A DNA stretch of 64,000 nucleotides, taken from Terrimicrobiaceae bacterium (GTDB lineage Bacteria > Verrucomicrobiota > Verrucomicrobiia > Chthoniobacterales > Terrimicrobiaceae). Below the pieces are notes generated by a model, which had not been told where the DNA came from, did not search any database, and saw only the letters and a list, made by a program, of their open reading frames with translations. A program made the position numbers and the translations under genes. The stretch covers positions 1-64,000 of the forward strand of contig JBIIPZ010000006.1 of the NCBI GenBank assembly GCA_044342325.1, written 5' to 3'. How positions within the stretch are numbered: position 1 is the stretch's first letter; the number at the start of each line of letters is the position of its first letter. Positions 1-8,879 of this stretch are shown here, one piece after another.

Positions 1-123
1 GCCACCCTCGAAGCCCTATGCACCGAACTCAACGCCACAGAAATCTGCTATCCCGGCACCACCCTCCGCCTCGTCTACCGCCCAATCAGGTCATCCGTTT
101 TCCCGAGAGGTCAGGATGTCTGA
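1..123 (+). CDS. 3' end of an unidentified CDS entering the window (partial)
   Basis: Frame 1 is open from base 1 to TGA 121-123 (ATLEALCTELNATEICYPGTTLRLVYR...). Its C-ending codons resemble those of real genes here. Confidence 0.4.
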   Translation, partial: ATLEALCTELNATEICYPGTTLRLVYRPIRSSVFPRGQDV

Positions 124-171
124 GGCTATGCTGCAAATGTTGCGGAACGGTTTCCCGCATTCTCGGTATGG

Positions 172-348
172 ATGGCCACCCAGAGCCTGTGGCTTTTTGC
201 CCTGCCGCTCGCATGGGTCGCTTTTGCCGGGTTCTGCCTGCATGTCGGCAAGGGTCCCCTACCCGAAATGATGGCTCGCATCACGGGAGTGGCCCTCGCA
301 GTGGCAATTTTTGCCGCCTACTTCACAGCCGCCTTTCTGCTTTTCTAG
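172..348 (+). CDS. small membrane protein (58 aa, 2 predicted TM helices), possibly 5'-truncated
   Basis: Translated by hand: MATQSLWLFALPLAWVAFAGFCLHVGKGPLPEMMARITGVALAVAIFAAYFTAAFLLF*. It is below the ORF-track size cutoff. Confidence 0.5.
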   Translation: MATQSLWLFALPLAWVAFAGFCLHVGKGPLPEMMARITGVALAVAIFAAYFTAAFLLF

Positions 349-425
349 CCTCCGAGGCTGGAAAAATGGGCTTCTGCGGGGAATTGGCACGCCTTCTTCG
401 GGCGGGGAAAAATTTTTTTGAACAC

Positions 426-441
426 TGGCATTCTCTATGCT
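426..441 (+). promoter_or_regulatory. candidate sigma54 (-24/-12) promoter
   Basis: TGGCATTCTCTATGCT has exact GG-N10-GC spacing and lies 26 nt upstream of the ATG at 468. Confidence 0.5.
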
Positions 442-467
442 GTCCAACACAGCAAATAGAAACTGCC

Positions 468-656
468 ATGAAAAATATCTACAAAAAAATCAACCGCACA
501 AAATACTCCCTCGGCGAACTGATCTCCATTGTAGGATCCTGCGCCCGCAACAGTCGTGAAACGATCGCCGCCATGGCCGATCTGCTCGACAGTGGCCGCG
601 TGGTGATCCGCAAAAACGGACGCGCCCGCCGCGTTCGGGTTGAATACGCGAGGTAG
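468..656 (+). CDS. small basic hypothetical protein (62 aa)
   Basis: MKNIYKKINRTKYSLGELISIVGSCARNSRETIAAMADLLDSGRVVI... follows an A-rich leader. The longer 18..656 extension looks non-coding. Confidence 0.7.
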   Translation: MKNIYKKINRTKYSLGELISIVGSCARNSRETIAAMADLLDSGRVVIRKNGRARRVRVEYAR

Positions 657-791
657 TTTCCCCCACTGCTTCGGTGGACGCTGCCGCGCCTCGCATCGCG
701 GCGCGTCCCCGGGCAAAGGGAAACAACTTGGCGGCGTTGTTTTCTGTATTGATGCCGCGAGCTTTCCAGTGTCAGTGTGCGGGAAAGTTCC

Positions 792-1451
792 ATGAGCCCC
801 CTCCGCTGCGAGAACATCCACTGCCGCCGATCCACAGCCAACGCCTTCAGGCATGGTCTGATCGAGGATTTTTCTGCCTCATTCGATAGCGGAGACATCA
901 CAGGCTTCTGCGGTTCTGATATCGCAGCAAAAGAACTGCTCTTGAGTATTCTTGGCCTTATCGAACGACCCGACAGTGGGCGTGTTTTTTTATTCGATGA
1001 AGAGGCATCGGAAATGTCTGGTCCGGGTTCCAGGAAGCTTCGAGACACTTCATTCGGATATCTTTTTACCCACCCCCACTTGCTACCCTCTTTCACTATG
1101 GCGGAAAATGTGGCCATGCCATTTTTTCGAATTTGCGGGCAGGAGGGGGCACAGGAGCACACAGTGGCGGCGCTCGAGTTTGTTGGCATCCCGGAGCTGA
1201 ATGCGATTCCGGTCGGGGAGCTCCCTGATTCCGTGCACTGGCGGGTCGCCTTTGCGCGGGCAATCGTCCATTCTCCCCCTGTGTTGATCGCCGTTTCGCC
1301 ACCGAATCCGCTTTTGCTGCCCCTTGCCCGGCGGCTGTCGGACGAGTGTGGAACGACCGTTTTGTGGAGCGGCGACAAAAGCGATGTGCTGCCGTTTTCC
1401 AATCATGTTGTCGAAATGACATCACTGAGAGACCACACCAGAGTTCCATGA
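792..1451 (+). CDS. LolD-like ABC ATPase homolog with degenerate catalytic motifs
   Basis: ABC scaffold motifs are present (LGLIERPDSGRV, LLPSFTMAENVAMP, RVAFARAIVHSP). The Walker A, signature and Walker B motifs are degenerate. The stop overlaps the next ATG. Confidence 0.8.
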   Translation: MSPLRCENIHCRRSTANAFRHGLIEDFSASFDSGDITGFCGSDIAAKELLLSILGLIERPDSGRVFLFDEEASEMSGPGSRKLRDTSFGYLFTHPHLLPSFTMAENVAMPFFRICGQEGAQEHTVAALEFVGIPELNAIPVGELPDSVHWRVAFARAIVHSPPVLIAVSPPNPLLLPLARRLSDECGTTVLWSGDKSDVLPFSNHVVEMTSLRDHTRVP

Positions 1452-2254
1452 AACCGCTGGAGCTACTGCCCGCATCCAGCGCCAACTCATCCAATCTGGC
1501 CTTCGCTCTTCTCTGCCTTCCTCGCGCACGCCGCAGCGATGCCATGCTTTTCTACCGTTTCTGTCGAACGGTGGATGACATCGCCGACCAGCCCGGCCTT
1601 GCAATCAGTGAAAAACACGACCTGCTGGTGGCATGGCTTCAAGCTGTGGAGAACGGCCTCCCTCCAGAGTTGGAAGGCCTTATCGTTCGGCATGGTATCG
1701 ACCGTTCACTTTTTGCAGAGATCGTCAAAGGATGCGCCTCGGATATTGAACCTCGCCGCTTTCTAGCGCTTGCCGACTTGGAACTTTACTGCTGGCGGGT
1801 GGCCTGTGCGGTTGGATTGGTTTCGATAAAAATCTTCGGTTGTCGCGATCCCCGCAGCGAAACCTATGCCGTTCACCTCGGCCATGCGCTGCAGCTCACA
1901 AATATCCTGCGCGACACAGGAGAGGATGCCGCGAACGGCAGGATTTACCTCCCGCAGGATGACATGGCACGGTTCGGCGTGAGCGAAGAGGAAATCCTCA
2001 ATAGCCGCCCGAGCGCTCGATTCAAAGCCCTGATGCGCCACGAGGCTGCCCAAGCGAGGGCACGCTTCGCGGCGGCGGTGCCTCCACGAGCCGACTTCAA
2101 ATCGCTCCTGCCCGCGCGCATCATGTGCGCCGTTTATCAAAAAATCCTCGACCGCATAGAACGGGAAGATTTTCCCGTTCTTCAAAAGCGCATCTCACTA
2201 AGCCGACGTGAAAAAGTGACTTCCACGCTGGGCGCGTTTTTCAGGGAATTTTAA
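1448..2254 (+). CDS. phytoene/squalene synthase family protein (HpnD/CrtB-like)
   Basis: Motifs YRFCRTVDDIAD, YCWRVACAVG and LQLTNILRDTGEDAANGRIYLP. ATGA overlap with the upstream gene. Confidence 0.9.
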   Translation: MKPLELLPASSANSSNLAFALLCLPRARRSDAMLFYRFCRTVDDIADQPGLAISEKHDLLVAWLQAVENGLPPELEGLIVRHGIDRSLFAEIVKGCASDIEPRRFLALADLELYCWRVACAVGLVSIKIFGCRDPRSETYAVHLGHALQLTNILRDTGEDAANGRIYLPQDDMARFGVSEEEILNSRPSARFKALMRHEAAQARARFAAAVPPRADFKSLLPARIMCAVYQKILDRIEREDFPVLQKRISLSRREKVTSTLGAFFREF

Positions 2255-2263
2255 AAATCATGG

Positions 2264-3841
2264 CTACTGCGGCTGTTCCGGCTTGGGAGCACCTTCGGAG
2301 CCGTAAATTTCCATGTCTGTTTTGATGGCCAGCCAGCCCACATCAACTTCATGGAGCTTGCCTTCGATGCCATCATATCGCTCGGTTGCGAACATCTCGG
2401 CTGTGAGCACGATATTTTTCAGCAATCTCTTGGTGGGCTCATCCGCTTGCTGGGTGCGCAAGAAGTTTTTAGCCGTTTCGGCCGCCTGTTCCCACTTGCG
2501 GGCTTGGGTTCTCATGAACGCAGACCGAGCACTTTCCTTGCCTGGCTTGCGGAAGTCTCGCAAAGCATCAAGGGCTTCAAGCGGAGTCACGAGCTTGATC
2601 ATTTTTTCGATTTGAACGGCGGGGGATTCCGCGCTGGCTGCATGCACATCTCCTTGATGAGTTGCCGGCTCTGCAGCGTTCACTGCAACGGGCGTCGGAG
2701 ACGGCTTGGGAATCGCAGGCGCGGCAGGCTTGGTGGCTTTAGCTTTCTCCTCAGCCAGGGCGGCAGCCGCATCAAAAGCTTCGTCGAAATTGGAATTCTC
2801 CTTCGGAATTCGAACCGTTGAACCAGCCATGGTAACAAGCACATCGGATCCATCGACTCCGACGACCTTGAATGTCTTCCCGGGCGCTATTGTCGCGCTC
2901 CCAGAGACTTTGCCATTCACGGTCAGAGGCACGACGGTTTCCGCAGTCAGCGTGATTTCCGGCGGATACGAAATCAGTGTGGATTTAGGCTTGGACTCGG
3001 ATGGCCCGTCTTTCGCGGACTGCGAAGGCTTGCTTTGCTCTTGAGGCGTCTCGACCGAAGGCTCCGAGGGCTCATTCGCAGGCTGGGCTTCGACAGATGG
3101 AGCCTCATTCTTGACCACATTTTGTGCAGGCGGGGTTGATAGCTGGGCAGCTTTCTTTTCGGCCTCGGCTTTTGTCCATTCCACTTCCTCTCCAAGCCGC
3201 GTCACCTCGAGCTCGAGTTCCTTCGCCTTCACCTTGGAAGCCTCCAACTCTTGGTAGGCTCCTGCCACACTCTGCTGCTTTTCAACTCTCAGCCTGTTTA
3301 TCAGTCCATTTCCTTCGGCCCATTTCCATATTCCCACGGCCGCAATAATGGCCACTACTCCGAGGGCCGCCCAAAGCATGGGCTTCTTCTTGGATCTCGC
3401 AACCAGCACATGTTTTTCTGTAAGGCTTCTGATTCGCTTGCTGAGCGTCATGGCGAGCCCGATCAGCAAAACACTACCCGCAGCGTGGTTTTTATTGATG
3501 AACTTCTCGAAGGCTTCGCGCGTGATGACCCAGTATTCTGATGGCTCGACGGCCTCCACGGAGCAAACTGCCGTGGAAGGATCAAAGAGATTGATCTCAC
3601 CTAACCACTCGCCGGGATGGATTTTGCCAAGAATTTCGGTATGTCCATGATCCTCTCTCTTGGCTTGCAAGAGTCCACTGAGAGTCAGAAAAAGCACTCC
3701 CTGTGACTTCCCTTGGTGGATGATTTTTTGCCCTGGCTTAGCGGACTCAAAAGAACCGAAGCTCGAAAGCAACTCGCGATCTTCCACCTTTAGACTTTCG
3801 ATCGGACCGCTGGGGGGAAGAATCTTTGTTGTTATAGGCAT
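2264..3841 (-). CDS. membrane-anchored cyclic-nucleotide-binding domain protein
   Basis: N-terminal cNMP/CAP-like domain (IIHQGKSQGVLFLTLSG...GEWLGEINLFD), one TM helix (MLWAALGVVAIIAAVGIW), a coiled coil and Pro/Glu-rich linkers. Start is approximate. Confidence 0.8.
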   Translation of the reverse strand: MPITTKILPPSGPIESLKVEDRELLSSFGSFESAKPGQKIIHQGKSQGVLFLTLSGLLQAKREDHGHTEILGKIHPGEWLGEINLFDPSTAVCSVEAVEPSEYWVITREAFEKFINKNHAAGSVLLIGLAMTLSKRIRSLTEKHVLVARSKKKPMLWAALGVVAIIAAVGIWKWAEGNGLINRLRVEKQQSVAGAYQELEASKVKAKELELEVTRLGEEVEWTKAEAEKKAAQLSTPPAQNVVKNEAPSVEAQPANEPSEPSVETPQEQSKPSQSAKDGPSESKPKSTLISYPPEITLTAETVVPLTVNGKVSGSATIAPGKTFKVVGVDGSDVLVTMAGSTVRIPKENSNFDEAFDAAAALAEEKAKATKPAAPAIPKPSPTPVAVNAAEPATHQGDVHAASAESPAVQIEKMIKLVTPLEALDALRDFRKPGKESARSAFMRTQARKWEQAAETAKNFLRTQQADEPTKRLLKNIVLTAEMFATERYDGIEGKLHEVDVGWLAIKTDMEIYGSEGAPKPEQPQ

Positions 3842-4007
3842 TAAGCCCAAAGACCAAATTTGCAAGAGCAGGTCAAGAATGGGTGCATAAGAAAATCTCT
3901 TGTTTTATGTCATGCACACTGAAAAAGGAGGAACATCATCCAAACACTCGGTGCCGACTCCACTGGCGGCCTCTAGGAGCAAGCGATTTGGGGGGGGGCG
4001 AAGAAAC

Positions 4008-4098
4008 TGGCGGTGAGGGAGGGATTCGAACCCTCGGTAGCCTTTTGGACTACGGCGCTTTAGCAAAGCGCTGCTTTCGACCACTCAGCCACCTCACC
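4008..4098 (-). tRNA. tRNA-Ser(GCT)
   Basis: Reverse complement GGTGAGGTGGCTGAGTGGTCGAAAGCAGCGCTTTGCTAAAGCGC...GGTTCGAATCCCTCCCTCACCGCCA has anticodon GCT, a long variable arm and an encoded CCA. Confidence 0.97.
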
Positions 4099-4161
4099 TA
4101 GTTGAGGGGAAAACTTAAACACCAAACGCTCTTCTGGTCAATCCCGCCGAGCATTTGAAAT

Positions 4162-5472
4162 TCACACCCCGAGAAGATCGCTCCGCAGGCTGGCTTCCAT
4201 GGCGTCCACCTCGCCGAGTTTGAGCGAGCCCTCGCGCCAGGAGATCGTCGCAGAGAGGCGCCCCTCCCGTTCGCTGAAAAAAATGCCGCTGCCCGGTGGC
4301 TGGGATACCGAGGGAATGTGCCAACCGTTGGTGATAGGAGCCCCGCAGATTTCGCTCACGCCTGGCAGGAAGTCGCCGGTGTGGGATTGGAAAAAAGAGA
4401 CGATTTCGCCCCCGGTATCCCTCTGCAGGAATCGGCGGTAGAGTCCTGTCGGTAGGCGGCGCATCCACCAAAGCATCGTGGCAGAGGAGCTCTCGAGCCC
4501 GCCGCGAACGGCCGATTCAAATTGGGCATGGATGGCGGTGGTGGCCTTTTCGAGATCGTCGACCTCTGAACTACTCAGCTTGAAATGCAAAACGGTGACC
4601 TGATTTTGAAAGATCGGATGCCGCGCCTTGGGCTTTCGGGCCTGCACCGGCACAGGACTCACAAATGAGGCCGGCGACTCGCCGCGGACTTTGAAGACAG
4701 CCGCGTGGGCCCTTGCGGCCGCTGCAAAAAAATACGGCATCTGAAAAATCCCTCCTGTGAGTCGCACGGCCCTATCGCGCAGCAGAGCTGTCTCGTCTTT
4801 TGAAAATCGCAACACGCGAAATCTCGGCGTGCCGGACTTGAGAGAGGCGCCACCGAGGGATCGAAAATCCGACGGCTTCATTTCATAGTGCCGTTTCACA
4901 AAGGCCCGCGTGCCTGCCCATCGCGCCACGAGGCCTGGCGCCGGAGGAAAGGGCATTCCCCAGGAGGCAACGGGCTTGGGGGGCTCGCTGGGATTCCGCG
5001 CAAGATGTGCGATTTCCTGCAACGCCAACTCAGCCCCGCGTCCATCGAAGACCAGGTGCGACCACTTCGCCAGCAGTGTGGTTTTTTTAACGCTAGGAAG
5101 AATGTGAATTTCCAAAAAGTGCTCGCCTCCGGATCCAAGAAGCTTTTGGCAAAAAGAATCACGGTCGGTATCGGAGGAGTGTTCCAGAATCGGCACTGCG
5201 TCGGGCGAAAGTGTTTTCGGCGTTATCCAGAATGGCACACCAAGAAACCAAGAGCGGCGAAGCTTTGCATGAAGCAAAGGGTGCGAGAGCGAGAAACGGC
5301 GGACGGCATCGCGTAGTGCGGCGACATCCAAGCCTTCTGCAAGTTCCAGAATGGTGAGGCCGGTGTGCCTGCCTTGAACGCCAGCGGCCATGAGATCCTC
5401 GAGCGCGAGAAAATACGCATCGCATCCCGTCAGAGGAATCTCCGCCGCGCCATTCACCGGAGCGGGGCTCAT
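4162..5472 (-). CDS. stand-alone condensation-domain-like (CoA-dependent) acyltransferase
   Basis: HxxxDG motif (SHLVFDGRG) preceded by HPLLHAKL; about 436 aa. The start overlaps the trpA stop. Confidence 0.65.
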   Translation of the reverse strand: MSPAPVNGAAEIPLTGCDAYFLALEDLMAAGVQGRHTGLTILELAEGLDVAALRDAVRRFSLSHPLLHAKLRRSWFLGVPFWITPKTLSPDAVPILEHSSDTDRDSFCQKLLGSGGEHFLEIHILPSVKKTTLLAKWSHLVFDGRGAELALQEIAHLARNPSEPPKPVASWGMPFPPAPGLVARWAGTRAFVKRHYEMKPSDFRSLGGASLKSGTPRFRVLRFSKDETALLRDRAVRLTGGIFQMPYFFAAAARAHAAVFKVRGESPASFVSPVPVQARKPKARHPIFQNQVTVLHFKLSSSEVDDLEKATTAIHAQFESAVRGGLESSSATMLWWMRRLPTGLYRRFLQRDTGGEIVSFFQSHTGDFLPGVSEICGAPITNGWHIPSVSQPPGSGIFFSEREGRLSATISWREGSLKLGEVDAMEASLRSDLLGV

Positions 5473-6287
5473 CAAATGGCGGCTTTTTTCACAGCGGCCG
5501 CGATAGGCGAAACAAACTGCACGACCTGCTGGATGAGCTCGGCCGATTTTCCATGCTCCCCGATGCGGCGCACAATGGCGCTTCCCACCACGACGGCGTC
5601 GGATTCCTTCGCGACTTCGGCGGCCTGCTCCGGCGTTGAAATGCCAAAGCCGACTGCCACTGGAAGACTGGTGTGTTTTTTGATTTCGGCGACCTGTGTG
5701 GCGATGTCGGCCGAGAGACTTGTCTGCTCGCCGGTCACCCCCTCGCGCGAGACATAGTAAATGAAACCCTCCGCCGACTTGGCGATGAGTTCCATACGCT
5801 CAGGCGGTGTCGTAGGCGCGATGAGCCGGATGGAAAGGAGGCCGTGGGATTTCATCAGCTCCGCATTGCGGGCTGCCTCGTCGGGAGGCAAGTCGAGGAT
5901 CAAGAGTCCATCCGCACCGGCGGCGGCGGCATCCGCATGGAATCGGTCGAATCCGTAAACATAGACAGGATTCAGGTAGGTGAAGAAAACGATGGGAATC
6001 TCCGAGCTGCGGCGGATCTCACGCACAGCATCGAGCACGCCGGCCACGGTGGCGCCAGCATCGATCGCACGACCCGAGGCGGCTTGAATGGTCGCTCCAT
6101 CCGCCAGCGGATCCGAAAACGGAATACCCAGTTCGACAATATCCACGCCGGATTGCTCGAGAGCCGCAACAAGGGCTGGGGTGGATTTCAAGTCGGGATC
6201 GCCCGCCGTGATGTAGGCAATGAAGCCAGACTGTCCGGCGGCGCGGAGGGTTTCAAATTTCGTATCGATGCGATTGGGCGTTGTCAT
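5472..6287 (-). CDS. trpA: tryptophan synthase alpha chain
   Basis: Motifs [42 protein letters not shown] and VVVGSAIV. Confidence 0.97.
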   Translation of the reverse strand: MTTPNRIDTKFETLRAAGQSGFIAYITAGDPDLKSTPALVAALEQSGVDIVELGIPFSDPLADGATIQAASGRAIDAGATVAGVLDAVREIRRSSEIPIVFFTYLNPVYVYGFDRFHADAAAAGADGLLILDLPPDEAARNAELMKSHGLLSIRLIAPTTPPERMELIAKSAEGFIYYVSREGVTGEQTSLSADIATQVAEIKKHTSLPVAVGFGISTPEQAAEVAKESDAVVVGSAIVRRIGEHGKSAELIQQVVQFVSPIAAAVKKAAI

Positions 6288-8164
6288 GTGATGGGTGCTT
6301 TTTCTGAGCCTCGAGTGATCCATACACCGAGCAGGGCGATATCGGCGGGAGTCACGCCGCTGAGGCGGGCGGCCTGGCCGAGAGTCTCGGGGCGGACGGC
6401 GGAGAGTTTCTGAACGGCCTCAGTGCGGAGGCCATTGATCTTCGTGAAATCGACCCACTCGGGGATCGCTTTACCTTCGTGGCGCGCGGTGCGGGCGATT
6501 TGCTCCTCCTGACGGGTTATGTAGCCAGCATATTTCAGATCGGTCTCAACCTGCTCCCAAACGGGCTGCGGGAACTGCGAGCGAATTTCGTCAGGCACGG
6601 TGGACCATGTATTCTCTGGGCGTTTGAGCCAGCGCTCGAGCGGGACCGTGTCGATTTTGAATTCGTTGAGGCGACTTTTGAGCGCGGTGAGCTGGCTCTG
6701 TTTTTGCTCAAAGCGTGAGGCGCGCTCGCCGTCGACAAGGCCGGACTCGATGGCCTTGCCAGTGAGGCGCAGGTCGGCATTATCCTGCCGCAGAAGGAGT
6801 CGATATTCCGCCCGACTGGTGAACATGCGGTAGGGCTCGGGCGTGCCGCGCGTCACGAGATCGTCAAGCATGACGCCGATGTAGGCCTCGTGGCGGGCGA
6901 TGGTGAGCGGCGGGCGCTTGAGGCGCTTCAGAGCTGCATTCGCGCCAGCGATGAGCCCCTGCGCGGCGGCCTCCTCGTAGCCCGAGGTGCCATTGATCTG
7001 GCCCGCAAAATAGAGGCCAGGCAGGCGCTTTGTCTCGAGCGTCGTGTGGAGTTGGGTCGGTGGACAGTAGTCATACTCGACGGCGTAACCAGGCCGCAGA
7101 ATCTCTGCGTTCTCAAGGCCACGCACACTGCGGATGAATTTGTATTGGACCTCGAAGGGAAGACTCGTCGAAACCCCGTTGACATAGATTTCGTCGGTGT
7201 GGCGGCCTTCGGGCTCAAGGAAAAGTTGGTGTTGCCCCTTCTCGGAAAATTTCACGACCTTGTCCTCGATGCTCGGGCAGTAGCGTGGTCCAACGCCTTC
7301 GATGACACCCGAGTAGAGCGGCGATTTGTCGAGGTTCGAGCGAATGATCTCGTGCGTGGTTTCGTTCGTGTAGGTGATCCAGCAACAAATCTGGCGCGCT
7401 CGGAATGCTCCATCGCGCCACTCGTTGAGCGTGTGCAGGTCGTCCTCGCCGCGCACGAGCGTATCCGCGAGGTAGCTGAAGAGCGGCGGCGGTTCGTCTC
7501 CCTGCTGGGGCTCACATTGGGAAAAATCGATACTCTTGGCGAGAAGGCGGCAGGGCGTGCCGGTCTTGAACCGCTCAACCTCGAAACCGAGTTCGCGCAG
7601 GCAGTCACTGAATGTCGAAACGGCATCGCCAAGACGGCCACCGGTCTGATTTCGCAGACCGACATGGAGCAGGCCCCGCATGAATGTGCCGGTCGTGACG
7701 ACCACTGCACCGCCATTGAAGCGGAGGCCGAAATTGGTTTCCACGCCCTCGACTCCATTTTCTCCGACCACAAGCCGCGTGACATTTCCCTGCTTCATGT
7801 CCAGTCGCGGATGGCGCTCGAGGAGCGCCTTCATGCGGAACTGATAGGCTTTCTTGTCGCACTGCGCTCGAGGAGCCCGGACGCTCGGTCCCTTTGTGGC
7901 ATTCAGCATGCGGAACTGAATGCCAGTCGCGTCGGTATTCAAACCCATCGCGCCGCCGAGGGCATCGATCTCACGGACCATATGCCCCTTCGCCAAACCT
8001 CCAATCGCCGGATTACAGGACATTTGCCCGACGGTATCGGCATTTTGAGTGAGCAGGAGGGTTTCGCAGCCCAAGCGGGCTGAAGCCATAGCGGCCTCTA
8101 TGCCTGCATGACCAGCCCCGATGACGATGACATCGTAAATTTTTGGATAAACGAAGTCGCTCAA
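6284..8164 (-). CDS. mnmG: tRNA uridine 5-carboxymethylaminomethyl modification enzyme MnmG (GidA)
   Basis: Motifs [43 protein letters not shown] and [17 protein letters not shown]. Confidence 0.97.
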   Translation of the reverse strand: MSDFVYPKIYDVIVIGAGHAGIEAAMASARLGCETLLLTQNADTVGQMSCNPAIGGLAKGHMVREIDALGGAMGLNTDATGIQFRMLNATKGPSVRAPRAQCDKKAYQFRMKALLERHPRLDMKQGNVTRLVVGENGVEGVETNFGLRFNGGAVVVTTGTFMRGLLHVGLRNQTGGRLGDAVSTFSDCLRELGFEVERFKTGTPCRLLAKSIDFSQCEPQQGDEPPPLFSYLADTLVRGEDDLHTLNEWRDGAFRARQICCWITYTNETTHEIIRSNLDKSPLYSGVIEGVGPRYCPSIEDKVVKFSEKGQHQLFLEPEGRHTDEIYVNGVSTSLPFEVQYKFIRSVRGLENAEILRPGYAVEYDYCPPTQLHTTLETKRLPGLYFAGQINGTSGYEEAAAQGLIAGANAALKRLKRPPLTIARHEAYIGVMLDDLVTRGTPEPYRMFTSRAEYRLLLRQDNADLRLTGKAIESGLVDGERASRFEQKQSQLTALKSRLNEFKIDTVPLERWLKRPENTWSTVPDEIRSQFPQPVWEQVETDLKYAGYITRQEEQIARTARHEGKAIPEWVDFTKINGLRTEAVQKLSAVRPETLGQAARLSGVTPADIALLGVWITRGSEKAPIT

Positions 8165-8165
8165 A

Positions 8166-8702
8166 TTACTGGTTCGTGAGGCCGTGTTCGGTGAGCTTCT
8201 TTTGCAAGGCTTCTGGCGCGAGCTTGAAGCTGTTTTTTAAAATGATGTCCCCCGCGACAAAGTTATCGAATGTGCCTCGCACAGCCACATTTTCGCCCTC
8301 GACGATGAACGATGTGGCATTCGAGAGATTGCCATTCCAGTCGGCATGGTAAACCGTGGCCTTTGTATCGTTATCCGCCACCGTCACGACGGACGAGGGA
8401 ATGAAATCCGCAGAGAATACAGCCTTCACATCAGGTGTGGTGCGATTCGGCAGCTGCATGTAAGCCGTGAGCGGATCGCCCTCTTCGTCATCGGACTGGG
8501 TGACTTGCCCGACTCGGCCGTAAACGCAGATGCGCATGCCATTGTATTTCTGGAGAGCCTGGGTTTCCGATGTCGAAAAATCATTTACGATCTGTGCCAA
8601 GGTCACGAATCCGTCTGGCGGCAGCGGAGCAAGCGAAGCTTGGCTCAGGCCGGCGACAACTGAGGCACACAAAAGCGCGAAAGAGAGGGTGATGGTCTTC
8701 AT
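8166..8702 (-). CDS. exported protein with a putative OB-fold (tRNA_anti-like)
   Basis: Signal peptide followed by the pattern QIVNDF...[16 protein letters not shown]...VAVRGTF. Confidence 0.6.
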   Translation of the reverse strand: MKTITLSFALLCASVVAGLSQASLAPLPPDGFVTLAQIVNDFSTSETQALQKYNGMRICVYGRVGQVTQSDDEEGDPLTAYMQLPNRTTPDVKAVFSADFIPSSVVTVADNDTKATVYHADWNGNLSNATSFIVEGENVAVRGTFDNFVAGDIILKNSFKLAPEALQKKLTEHGLTNQ

Positions 8703-8879
8703 TTCAGTGACAAAACATGGAGCATGCGGCGGCATTGCTCAACGCTAAAACCTCGGGCCCGCTTGCATGGCCTCTCTGCGATTGGCAAGGCGCCACCACC
8801 GGCTAAGCCTCACGGTCCCGCCAAATTCGACTGGCAATCCTCTTCTGTCCGTGCGAAGAAAGGTTTCCATATTTAACAC

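Noticed and set aside
18..467. 212-aa ORF extension upstream of the small protein at 468
   Set aside because: The Arg/Cys/Pro-rich translation is implausible, and it overlaps a better membrane ORF and a promoter motif.
3961..4013. att-like repeat of the tRNA-Ser 3' end (actggcgg) and a G9 run
   Set aside because: The match is only 8 nt, no integrase is present, and the run is short and intergenic.
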